Positions 26,373 to 38,046 of a stretch of 64,000 bases of DNA are shown piece after piece. The translations under genes were made by a program, and so were the position numbers. The notes beneath the pieces were generated by a model that saw nothing but the letters and a program-made list of their open reading frames with translations, made no database searches and had not been told where the DNA came from. The DNA comes from Camelus ferus (Eukaryota), in contig NC_045696.1 of assembly GCF_009834535.1 (NCBI RefSeq), positions 42,596,001 to 42,660,000 on the forward strand, given 5' to 3'. The stretch's first letter is position 1. Each line of letters begins with the position of its first letter.

Positions 26373-27504
26373 CTGTTCTTTTTCATTCTTGTCTATTTCA
26401 TCCCGGCACATTAAACGATATGCTAGCACCTGAAATAAGTCCGAGAAGTCTAGAATCAATACCTGTTCACAGCTTAGTGGAAGAGACAGACAAAGCAGCA
26501 GATGATTATAGTAAATAGGCTGATTGCCATAGAGGGAATACAGAGAGTGTTATTGGAATGTTTAAGAGGGGCATGCCACGCAAAGCAGAAGCTTCCTCAA
26601 AGAAATGAATGACATCATGGAAAAAGGAGGAAAAGGAAGAATCATTATGACGAGGTAGAATTCCAATTATGTGGGCCAGGAGCCAAAGCCAAAGGGCAGC
26701 AACACAAGTTTTTTTCCTTCTCTCTACAATCTAACATGTTGTGAACTTGACCTTTTAATTCAGCTTTAAACATCTCGGTTCCTCCATTCCTTCTAGTATT
26801 CTATGTAATGAAGCCATTACATGCTCCATGTCTTCTAGGAGTAAGGAGAAACTATAATCATTTTTGATAAAGAACACTGAAGACTCATTTGTAAAATCTC
26901 CTTTGGGAGCGGAATGATTAATCCTTGAATAAATAACTTTATAAGCCAAAAGGAAAAAGAAAAGACAAATCTTAGAAAGTTAATCTGTAAATCCCAGACT
27001 CTGGCTTTTATTGGCCATTTATTAGACATCTCTTGAAATGGGGAATTTTTTTAAAATTTCAAATTGAAATCTTTGAATGAAAAGGAGATATAGAAGGCAA
27101 AGCTAATTCCTGTATGCACTGAGATAGTATTTAATGGTTTAATTAAGATGCAGATTAAGTGGTAGATAGAAAACCTTACTATTCTGGGTTCTAACTAGAG
27201 AGTTAAGAAGATTGTTTTCATTTTGAGCAAACAGATACAAACAAAGGAAATCCTACTTGATAAAGAGTGGTGTGGCCAGATCAGTAAATTACCTGCAGTA
27301 TGTACAATGATCCTTTGATTCCTTTTTATAACTTCAGAATTTTTTTCTGTAGTTCATATCTAATATACTTCTGGGGTCTTTTATAGTTTCAGACATAGCA
27401 AAAAAGAGTAAACTTCAGGGACTTCCCTTTTACTTTAGGCACAAATTATTTTAGTCACAGAGAAATACTTAAACAGTTAACCCTTGACATTTTTTCCAAC
27501 ATTT

Positions 27505-27705
27505 TCCCTTGTCTTAAAATATACATAATATGAAATTTATCATCTTTAACAATTTTTAAGTGTACAATTCAGTTATATTGAGTATAATTATATTGTCCTG
27601 CAACCACCAGCACCATCTATCTGCAGAACTCTTTACATCCTACAAACTGAAGCTCTATATCCGTTAAGGTCTATATTCATTTTGCTCGTCTCCCTAGTCC
27701 CTTGA
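27505..27705 (-). mobile_element. L1MB-type 3' end
   Basis: aaaatatacataatatgaaatttatcatc...tttaagtgtacaattcag...gcaaccaccagcaccatctatctgcagaac. Confidence 0.8.
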
Positions 27706-30590
27706 CTTTTAAATAGCGTCTACTAAATGCTTTTTTTTAAAAATTTCTAAACAGTAATTTGTAATAGCAGCAACACAGTGATGATAGAATTCTCAATTCA
27801 CAAAAAGCCTGTTTATAGACTAGTTCACGAGACCTATTTAATTGATAAAATAGACAAATTAATAGACAGGATTAGAAATTATAATAGGCAGTAGGCAGAA
27901 ATTTGTAGAGAATTAAAGATATTCATACAAAAACCTCACTTTATTGGGTACAAGACGATCTCTCAGCAAAACTGGGGAAAGAGCAAATTTTGTGTTTGGT
28001 AGCTGCCGCACCCTTTGTTGTGTTCATCTCTTATGTTCTGATGCTTTTCTCCCTAGTTCCTAAGCACTTACTTCCCTGATACTACCCTAAACCTGAATGG
28101 TATGCCTCACACAGGTCTGTGTCACTTTCAAAGTACTTCCTTCTTGTACATTTCGGTTGGAGATTTTCAAAAGTGAAGATGAGGGTGTTTTATAGTAAAA
28201 CAGGCTTGAAGGAGACCTGCAAACATTTACAAGTCGTTTTTCACATTCTTAGAATCAGAAGTAGTATGACATCGCCAGATGTAAGTGTAGGAAATAGATT
28301 TCATCACACTATGCAAAATAGTAAATGAAGAACATTTAGAGATAACATACTAGTGATGAGATTCATTACAGCCTGGGCTCCTTATCAGCCATTTTTCAGA
28401 TGCCAACTTTGTGGCTTATAGAGAAGCTACTTTGTTATTAAACTTAAAACATATTAAATTGCGTTTGCTGCAGTTGCATCATTGATACTGAATTTATAAA
28501 TTTCCTCTAGTCAGAATGTCAATTTACTTTCTCCATCCATTATCTTTTCCATGTTTTATACTTCTTGAGGAACCTTCTTGAGGCTGGGGCTGGTGAAAGT
28601 TTAAATTGTAGATTTAGGAGGAGGAAGGATGATTACAAATCCCTAAGGAGGTCATCCCTCTAAGCTTCCATCGGAGATTTGTGAGTTAGGAACTAATGGT
28701 CCTCATCGTACTGGGAATCATTAGCTTCTCCTGTATACTGTAACAATAATACTCATCATTATTTCCAGGGGAATTTCAGGCTTTCCATTTTGGGTCCTCA
28801 CCTAGCGCTGATTAGACAATCTTTAACTCATGAAGTTTGGTTGCTGGAAAACTGATGTCCATTTACTTTGTTGATGTGAACTCTTGCTTTTTGGCAAAGT
28901 TTGGATGGTGATAGTTTGCCCTGAGATCTCTGGCAGCATGTTATCTTCTTTGGGGAATGTAGGAAATGGAAAGATTCCCTTTGATATTTAAATGTTGAAG
29001 ATTTGTACACTTCCCAGTGGTGTTTCCTCCCAGTACCCCAGAGTCATAGTGTTTGGCTGCCAAAGACTCGTAAGAAAAGAACAGCTTTTCTGATCCATTT
29101 ATTCCATCTATTCCACTCAGTTCTGCTCATGTGCCCTGTGTTGAGCTCTTCTGTAGCAGAATTGTTGCTTACCTCTGACTGGTCCTTGAAGGTCAGCCCT
29201 TGCTGAAGGTCATTCCCTCAGCTGACTGTTTCTGTTTCTTGCTGGCTGAGACATTTCAGCCAATGCCTTTGTTCTAGAAAGAAATCATGCAACTGTTTTT
29301 ACAGCATACTTTGTCTGGTAATTAAAATAACCACAAGTACTGCAGTCACAAAGTTGTTCCATTTATTATAGTATACTATTTTAATAATACTTCAATTCTC
29401 AAAACTTATTCCTCTATTGACGACTGTGCTGAAACACACAATTTACTCTCATACTTGGAGAATAGTTTCCATTAAGGGTTAGATGTTTAAAAGGCATATT
29501 TTTCAGTGACACTAACTCTTTTCTTCTTACTCTTTTATTTTAATCATTGCTGCCCTGGGTTTATAACTGTGACATCGTCACGTCAGTAATTCTTACAGGT
29601 ATAATGCCAAGTTATGTTATGCTTTTCAGCTCAAAACATTGCCATAGGATAAAACTAAATCGGGGTTAAAGAAACAATATAAAAGTAAATCAGAACAGAC
29701 ATTTATAGGGAAGAAATAATATTTTTATTGAATGGCCTACAGCTGCAGTAATGTTCAGAAATGGGAAAATGCCATCTTAAGAAAAATAAACAAATAATAG
29801 GAGACTTAGTTTGAAGAACCAAATACTTGAAATTCATAAGTTTTCTCAGTGTTATAAAACTCTTTTTATCAAAAAGAGGCAATTATTTCCTTATACACTA
29901 AGTCTGGTCTATATAAAAGAGAGTGGAATTATGGAGTAAGCTGATTAGTTTAAGCAGCTGATCTAAATTAGTCTTGTACACCTTTACCCTCTATATGTTT
30001 GGCTTCTCTATGTATTTGGCATCTGTTATTTATCTCAGTTAATGATGAATATGGGCAAAGATCTCTAGACTTAGATTATGACTCTACCTACCCAGGCCTA
30101 ATGATAGAAGCTGAGATATTTTCTGACCATCCAGTTATGCCGTCATAATAGATACTCAGTGTGATTTACTTCTAGGGGAGACAGCGTGATTGGAGGAATA
30201 GTAACCATTAAATAAAACTATTGCTGCTACTATGCCCTATTTCAGTTACTGAAAATACTAGCTTCAGAGTTATTTGACACAGTTATAGTGAACCATTCTA
30301 TGAATGGTCTGGGGTATTCAGGCAAAGCCTATGAAGCCTTCGGCCAAAAAAGTTTTACATTAAGGCTGAACCTGGCTCTACACATTGGTTGCGTTTACAT
30401 GACAATTCACTAATTATTTATTTTATAAACTTTGGCCTGTGTCCTACAATGACTGGAAGGGTTTGTGGGCTCAGCTTATAACAGAAATAATCCAGTGATT
30501 ATCCACAGTCAGTTATATCCACACTTCGTCCCCAGAGCTCAGTGCACAAGCATTTATTTGCTAAAGGAAGCCTGAAACTCTCTTCCTTTC

Positions 30591-31147
30591 TTTTTAATTT
30601 TAAAATTTTGTTAAATTTATTTTTTAATTGAAATACAGTTGGTTTACAATGTTGTTAGTTTCTAGTGTTCAGCAAGTATGATTCAGTTTTATATATATAT
30701 GTGTGTGTGTGTATGTGTGTGTGTGTGTGTGTGTGTGTATTCTTATTCCTAGTCTTTTCTGTTATGTTTATTACAGGATATTGAATATAGTTCCCTGTAC
30801 TATACAGTAGAATCTTGCTATGAGTCCCATTCCTGGGTATATATCTAGGGAAAAGTATCATTTGAAAAGATACATGCACCCCACTGCTCATAGCAGCACT
30901 GTATACAATAGCCAAGACATGGAAACAACCTAAATATCCATCAACGGATGGACTGGACAAAAAAGCTGTGGTATATTTATACAATGGAATACTACTCAGC
31001 CATAAAAAAGAGTAAAATAATGCAATTTTGTAGCAACATGGATGGACCTGGAGATTGTCATACTAAGTGAAGTAAGTCAGACAGAGAAAGCCAAATATCA
31101 TATGATATCATTTGTATGTGGCATCTAAAAAATGACACAAATGAATT
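30591..31147 (-). mobile_element. L1 insertion with 5' inversion (twin priming), contains (TG)n
   Basis: 30591-30818 is the L1 3' end in minus orientation; 30820-31147 is the ORF2 end/3'UTR in plus orientation (gatacatgcacccca...caacatggatggacctggag...). Confidence 0.85.
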
Positions 31148-32679
31148 CTTCTTTCTTTCTTTTCTACTCTGTTCTCTCCCTTTTGGCTGCTACTTCTGTT
31201 TGCCCTTAGCTTTTTGTGCCCCAGGCCAAATTCCATTTATTCTTTGAGACCAAGGCTCTAAAACCCTGCTTGTTCTCACATATGGAACTGAATTTACTAC
31301 ACCCAGAGTTGACTTTACTAAGTGCAGAGCCTTCCTTTTTATACTTTAGATATGGGGGGAAAAATCTTTGTATTTCTGATTTTTTAATTTAATTGTGTAT
31401 GGGCAAAAATATCCTCTTAGGAACATCTCACCAACAGGATTTTCTACTTGCAAATGGAATTTTTAAAATCTGCTGATGTGATAGATGCGTCGAACACTAG
31501 TTCTTGACAAAGAGGGCTCCTTTCCTGCTGTTTTGAGACTTCATCAGTCACATTTGCTGATGGAGTTCATAAAGCAGCACTGAAAGCAGTAAGTTTAAAA
31601 CATTCAGAAGAGTGCTGAAAGGTTTGAAGTTGAGTTTGGAAGGGCACACAATTAGCTGGGTAGGTTTTGGTCACAAGGTGTTGATGGAAGACTACAGTAT
31701 CTTAAAAAGCATTTCATTGACTTTCAAAGAGAAAAAAGATCTAAGATAGGAGCAATAAACTGTATGCTTCACACCTTCACCTGATGGAGAAATGTGAGAC
31801 TGTTGAAGGGACACTGCAGGAGGGTAACAGGAGAGCTTATGTGGCAGTTCTAAGAGCCTGGTCATTAGCGGATTGATTATTGTATGCAAATCTGTATTTA
31901 CTATTGGAGAATCACTGACTTTTGAAAAAGTCCTCCAGGCCTTTCTGAAAGCACAGAAGAAGCATCCCTAACACATCTGGGAGGCACCAAGGGTCAGAAA
32001 GGGCCGAGGCATTAAAATTTGCTGTATGTATTCTGGAAAGTGGCAATACGATATCTTGTTGTAATTCACATGGAATTTCTTTGAAAATATTATTCTGTCT
32101 CTTGCCATATTTAGTATTTTTAAAATTGTCTAATATTGTCTAGAGAAGGAAAAGTATGTGAATGTGTGGCTTCCAGATTCCTTCCAACTACCTTGCTATT
32201 GTCAGTTTAAATCATCAAAGTGACAGTTATCATTTTTTGAGCTTTTATTAAGTGTGAGGTATTATCCTAAGAATTCTATATTCCTTCTTATTTTTATCCT
32301 GGAAATACTCTCTTAATGCTATTATTATCTCGATTTAACAGAGAAGGAAACGGAAATAATGAACTTAAGCAATGTAAGTAGGTAAGTCATACAGGATTAC
32401 ACAGTCAGCAGAGGTTATCCTGGTCCTTTTTACCTTTCAAGGTCTTTCAAGGGCTATAACTCTCTGCAGAATTGAATTACAAGCTAAAATGAAAAAAAAA
32501 AAAAATTATACCTTGAGTCTTCTAGAAAAATTATACGTAAAATGCCTAAAACATTAGCTGTCTGTAGAGAAATATAGGGAAAAACAGACTTCAGACATAT
32601 ATGAGGCCTGTAAAAGTGCAAGTCAAATATAAATGTACAATTTTTAGTTTTGCACATTTGTATTTCTTAGCTAGAACAT

Positions 32680-33065
32680 TAATTTGATTCATGTTTATTT
32701 AGTTCATCTATTATATACCAGATATTCTGCTAGATCCTGGAAGAGTGTGTGTGTGTGTGTGTGTGTGTCTATTCTTGACTTCAGTGAGTTAACTCTCTAC
32801 AAAAGGAAACAGAAACAAAGTAGTAAACCAAAAACTTACACATTGAGATAAGGACTATGAGGAAAACAAATGTGTTTGTGAGAGATAATAACAGACAAAA
32901 AGAACTAATTTAGGGAAATCTACCCTGAGAGTAATACTTTAGGTGGAACTGAAGAATTAAAAAACCACTCAAATGAAAAAAAAAAAAAATTCAAAATCCT
33001 CAGAAGGATGCTTGGAGTGATGGAAGAATCCGAAGACCACCAGGGCTGGAATATGGTTAACAGAT
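32680..33065 (-). mobile_element. L2 fragment with (GT)n at about 32744-32768
   Basis: attcatgtttatttag...ctattatataccagatattctgctagatcctgga pattern. Confidence 0.5.
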
Positions 33066-33188
33066 AAGTTGATTTGAATGATGGTGGGTTAAGAATGCAG
33101 TTAAGCATTTCCAGTTATATCAAATGATTTCAGGAAGTAAAGCTTAAGGGATTTGATTATCAAAGGAGGCTTAATTTTATAGGCTCAC

Positions 33189-33569
33189 CGTGAGCTGGCC
33201 TTGAGATGAGTTAAGGCCGTGGGACCCAAGGCCACCATCAGAGCATGTTTGTAGTATGCAGTAAATAATTGCTCCACGCATGCGTCAATTATATAAGATT
33301 TAGAACAAAGAAAATAGAAGTACGCATGTGCTAGAGATATTCTGTAAGCCTAATGAACAAAGAAACTCACTCTGCGCATGTGCTGACAGAAAACAGATAA
33401 AGGCAGGGCAGGTGAATCATAGGCGTGCACCTCCCTGTGGCAATAAAGCATTGTTAACCCCATGGTGTCTCCGGCTGAAGTCTGTCTGGCGGTATGGCAA
33501 CCCCTTGTGCATTTTTTCGTTTGGGCCGCTCACCTCCTAGAACTCCACGTCAGCCTCCCTTGGCTGACA
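33189..33569 (+). mobile_element. 5' LTR (381 bp)
   Basis: CGTGAGCTGGCC...GGCTGACA (terminal TG mutated to CG); aligns end to end with 39208-39586; TATA-like GATAAAGG near 33396, AATAAA 33442-33447. Confidence 0.96.
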
Positions 33570-33596
33570 CTTTGCACTGTGAGCAGGATGAGGTGA
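33462..33596 (+). CDS. U5/PBS-encoded 44-aa hydrophobic ORF; putative first coding exon (leader/signal peptide) of env
   Basis: ATG 33462 gives MVSPAEVCLAVWQPLVHFFVWAAHLLELHVSLPWLTLCTVSRMR*; the TGA lies inside the donor AG|GTGAGT; the same frame is open in the 3' LTR (ORF from 39479). Below the 60-aa cutoff of the ORF track. Confidence 0.65.
   Translation: MVSPAEVCLAVWQPLVHFFVWAAHLLELHVSLPWLTLCTVSRMR
33572..33589 (+). promoter_or_regulatory. Primer binding site complementary to tRNA-Ser(CGA)
   Basis: TTGCACTGTGAGCAGGAT, 2 nt after the LTR end; 16/18 match to TGGCGCTGTGAGCAGGAT, the complement of the tRNA-Ser(CGA) 3' end as I recall it. Confidence 0.88.
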
Positions 33597-33598
33597 GT
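33591..33598 (+). promoter_or_regulatory. Major splice donor of the provirus (AG|GTGAGT)
   Basis: Consensus 5' splice site immediately after the PBS; exon ends at 33592. Confidence 0.8.
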
Positions 33599-33637
33599 GC
33601 CCCCTCTGAACCCCCTGCCCCTGACAGGGATGCTCTG

Positions 33638-34700
33638 ATGGAAGCAAAGTGGCCCCCTACCTCTGTATGGTACCCGGTGGCCACCTATTTGCTGACGTGG
33701 GCTCAACCTCAGGATTGGGACACAGTGGTGCCCTGGCCAGATGATGTCCGGAGGGCATTGGAGCTGTTAGAAAATAATGTCCCATTAGCCCACCAAGAGG
33801 CAGCCGGGAGGGTGGCCTGGATGTTCTTATCTGTTTTACAGCATGCTAGCCAAGAGATGAGAGATTTACAGATGCAAGTGGAGGAGTTGCAGTGCAGAGA
33901 AGAGGAGCTTAAGCAGAGACCCAGCATGGCAGAAAGGTGTCTGCATGGTCCTAGCTCTGCCACCTCTGAGAGCAGCTATGCCTGTGTAGCTCTGGTCCCA
34001 CTGTCTCTGAGAGCAGTAAGCCTGACCCCTAGCCCCTTTCCACTGCATCTATGGCCCATGGTGAGGCAGCAGGTGGAACTGGAGGAGCCCATGGCTCGGG
34101 GGGAACTCCTGCGGGACCACTGTGAGTGACATACGAGTAAATGGACCAAGTATTTGGACTTAATGCAAGTTGTCTGAGAAATGGATGCACCAGATGATGT
34201 TCGCTTTGCATTTCCATAGTCTAAATGATGAGCTCCTTACAGTTCGAATGAAAGATTTGATTTTGGCTAATGGCCCAATGGGAACATTTGGGAGTATGGC
34301 GGCCCTACTAGTACCATATGTAGACCGCCCCATACATGAAGTAACTGAGGCTCTGGCTCGTCTGGGGGACAGAGAGGTGCGCCGAAAGGGGGTACGTGCT
34401 GCCAAGACTCAAGGTGAGTCCAAGACCCCCTCCTCCTGTGCAGTGACTCAGAAAGGGAAGTCCACACAGAGGAGGAAAAAGGGGAATCCTCCAATTTTAG
34501 GAGGGCCCCAAAAGCTAGATTGCCAGCAGATATGGTGTGATTTACTGGCAGCTGGCCTAAACCGTGTAAAATTACATGGCCAACCTTTGGAGGTGCTGAT
34601 GGCCTTAAGGAAGCAATTATGGCCTGAGCAACAATATTCTCCGTTGCCAACCTCCCAACAGGCCTGAGAGGTGGCCTTTGCTGATTTCCTCCCAGACTAG
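33638..34700 (+). pseudogene. gag: gag (class III / ERV-S type), disrupted
   Basis: MEAKWPPTSVWYPVATYLLTWA...AGRVAWMFL followed by a coiled-coil stretch; C-terminal IWCDLLAAGLNRVKLHGQPLEVLMAL motif typical of ERV-L/S Gag; no CCHC zinc knuckle; stops and a frameshift at about 34127-34180, premature TGA 34665; terminal TAG 34698-34700. Confidence 0.85.
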
Positions 34701-37700
34701 GAGGAAGGCCAAGGTGTTCAGGACGGGGGGCATCCCAGTGACCGGAGGCTACATGTTGAACTGACTATCCACTGGTCCCCCATGAATAAACAGTGAATAC
34801 TGGCACTAGTAGACACAGGAGCTGAAATTACATTGGTGCATGGAAATCTGGAACGTTTTCAGGGGCCATGGGTTGATATAGAAGGATATGGAAACAAGCA
34901 AATGTATGTTAAACAAGAGACTCTGATTTTGGGCATTGGCCATCTGCCCCCATGCTGCAAATGAAGTGCATATATCCCCAATAGCTGAATATATTCTGGG
35001 GATAGACATTTTGCAAGGATTGCAAATACAGATGACTCAAGGGGAGTTTCACCTGAGAGTTCACGTGGTGAAAACAGTTATATGGGGGCATCCTCATCAC
35101 GCACCTTTAATTTTGCCACAGGCCACACGAATGGTGGCTGTCCGGCAATATCGATTGCCCGGAGGCCATGAGGAAATAGGACAGACTATTCTAAAGCTTG
35201 AGGAAGCCAATGTAACTCGGGCTACGCATAGCCCATATAACTCTCCAGTGTGACCAGTGCAGAAGCCATACAGCTCCTGGAGGATGACAGTGGACTATCG
35301 GGAACTGAATAAAGTCACTCCCCTCATGCATGCAGCTGTGATGAATATAACAGATTTGATGGACCGGCTGTCCCATAGACTGGGTACTTGTCACTATGTG
35401 GTTGATCTGTCTAATGCATTCTTCTTGATAGACATAGTCCCTGAGAGCCAAGAACAGTTTGCCTTCACCTGGGAAGTCAGACAATGGACATTTGTTGTGT
35501 TGCCGCAGGGATATCTGCACAGCCCCACACTGTGCCATGGCCTGGTGGCCCAGGACCTGGCTACATGGAGCAAACCGGATACTGTTCATGTGTTCCATTA
35601 TATAGATGACATAATTCTAACTTCTGATTCGCTTTCAGATTTGGAAACCAGTGCCACAGCGCTGCGAGAAGCCCTGGCGGGCGGGTGGTGGACCATGAAC
35701 AAGGACAAAGTGCAAGGACCTGGATATTCTGTCAGATTCTCAGGTGCTGTCTGGTCGGGTAAGACAAAAGTGCTGCCTGGAGCAGTAATAGACACGATCC
35801 AGGCATATTCCCGCCCTGAAACAGTTTAGCAGTTACAGACTTATTTAAGTCCTCTGGGATACTGGCAGGTATTTATTCCTCATTTGGCCCAAATAGCCAA
35901 ACCTCTATGTAAACTGATTAAAAATGGAGAAGTCTGGAATTGGTCTGATGAGACCAAATACGCATTTGTTGAAACTAAGAGGGTGGTGGCCCAAGTGCAA
36001 ACGCTTCACGTTATAGATCCAGACCTTCCTTTCTGGTTGACAGTCCATGTGGACAATGATGGATATGGCTGGGGCTTATGGCAGAAACATGGGCAAAGGA
36101 AAGTGCCCATAGGATTCTGGTCTCAGTTGTGGAAAGGGGCTAAATGTTGTTATTCTCTGATTGAGAAATTGCCAGCAACTTATGCATCCTTGATTGCCAC
36201 TGAACCCCTGACGGGGAAGCAAGAGGTCCAAGTGCAGACCACATGCCCTATTGCAGGGTGGGTACAGACATGGGCAAAGCAACCCCAATCGGGAACTGCC
36301 CAAACCCCAGCTCTGACGAAGTGGGGTGCTTATTTGGAAGAGAGGGCCCAGTACACTGCTAGCCCCTTGGCTGCAGAGTTGCAGCAGGTGTTAGAGCCTG
36401 TGAGATTTGTTGCGCCTGACGTACAGATGCTCCCACAACAAGGGGTGGACCCTATGCCCAGTCCCTTTTGTGAAGGGAAAGGGCCACCCCCGGGAACTGC
36501 TTGGTATACTGATGGATGTTGTAAGGGCAGTCCGCCCACTTGGGTTGCAGTAGCCCTGCACCCTGCCACTGAAGCCTTCTGGTATGAGACCGGAGAAGGC
36601 CAATCCAGCCAATGGGCTTAGTTACGAGCAGTATGGCTGGTGTTGATGAATGAACCTAGTCCCTTGCAGATTTGCACCGATAGTTGGGCCATGCAACGTG
36701 GATACCCCAATGGGCCCTGCAAGACTGGATGATTGGGCACCGGCCCCTATGAGGACAACAGATGTGGAAACAGTTATGGGATAAAGGCCAAGAAGGCCAG
36801 TATACTGTTTACCATGTACCAGGGCACCGCCCAGCCCTGGCACCGGGCAATGATGCTGCTGATGTGCTAGCCCAACTTTGCCCTGTACAGGCCATGGTTC
36901 CAGGACCCAACATAGGTCCTTGGCTCCATAAGAAACTTTGGTCATGTAGGCTCATACACAATGAGGCAGGTAGCCGACTGGTGGGGCCTGCACCTGAGCC
37001 ACAGTGAAGCCAAAGATGCCGTGCGGCAATGTCCATGGTGGGCTAAGCACCACCTGCGCCGGCGGCAATGGCCCCAACAGATGGGGAAGATTGCATGGAG
37101 AATTCAGCCATTGTAGGTATGGCAAATAGGTTACGTAGGCCTCTTTGCACCTAGTACAGGCTTGCGGTACCTGCTGACAGCGGTAGACACCGCTACTGGT
37201 CTAGATTTTGCTCACCATGTGCCCCGAGCTACATAAGACTCTACTATTAGAGCACTGGAAGTTTTATGGGTCTTTTATGGGATACCCTTAAAAATACAAA
37301 GTGATACAGGGGCCCCTTTTACTGCCCAACAGACCTAGGAATGGGCCAAGGAAAATGATATTAACTGGATATTGCATGTGCCTTACCATCCTCAAGCAGC
37401 AGGAATGATTGAACGATACAATGGCCTATTAAAGGACAAACTGAGGGCTCTCAAACCACAGTGTCTTGCCGCAGGTGGTACATCTTTTAAATGAACAACC
37501 TACATACACGGTATGAGCCTACTAGAAAAGTTATTGCAAGGGACTATTCAGAGGCTCAGAGTTGGGCCCATGTAGAATGCCTCCGATGTCTCAACAGTGG
37601 GGCACACGTTAATATTACATGCCCCCAGGATGTTGAACTCGGGAAAACAGGACACCTGGACATGGAAGAATCAGGTCCAGACTGAAGGCCCCTGGCTAAC

Positions 37701-38046
37701 CCTTTTGGAACCATGGGGTGATGGGCTAGAGAAAGCCCTGCAGGTAACCCCATGAGTGGGGGAATGGCCTTTTGATGTGCATGTTACTCTAGGGAACACA
37801 GGAGTGTCCCTACTTAAAGGAGCAGAAGCCCTACGGCTTTGGGCAGTTCCACTGGTAGCTCCTGAAGCTCTCCCAGAGTGTAACCAACCTAGTGATGGCA
37901 GGTTGGTGTGGTACCACCACCCAGGGCAAACAGCCCTTTGTGCGACTGTACTCTCACAGGATGAGAAAGTGGCTTGCATCCTCCCAGAAGGGAGAGATTT
38001 GCCAATCATGATGTCCACCTCTGCTCTGTCCTTCTGTCCAGAGTAA
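34701..38046 (+). pseudogene. pol: pro-pol (protease, RT, RNase H, integrase, dUTPase-like C-terminal domain), disrupted
   Basis: LVDTGA (D at 34812); QYRLPGG, WRMTVDYRELN, LPQGYLHSP, YIDD (35599-35610); WYTDG near 36502; IN QSD (37303) to MIE (37411) with D(35)E spacing, first catalytic D mutated (WQIG); ends TAA 38044-38046. Confidence 0.95.
38011..38041 (+). promoter_or_regulatory. env splice acceptor (branch point, polypyrimidine tract, CAG)
   Basis: ATGTCCACCTCTGCTCTGTCCTTCTGTCCAG|A; AG-free pyrimidine tract, candidate branch A at 38011. Confidence 0.75.

Noticed and set aside
33494..34129. 211-aa ORF starting in the LTR as an N-terminally extended (glyco-Gag-like) Gag
   Set aside because: Its ATG (33494) is ATT in the 3' LTR, so it may be a post-insertion mutation; the extension is Pro/Arg-rich with no signal anchor. 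Gag more plausibly starts at 33638.
37974..38041. TTG-initiated N-terminus of the env ORF (MHPPRRERFANHDVHLCSVLLS) as the true signal peptide
   Set aside because: Non-ATG start, very short hydrophobic core, and it is simply the alternate frame of the pol C-terminus and the acceptor's pyrimidine tract.
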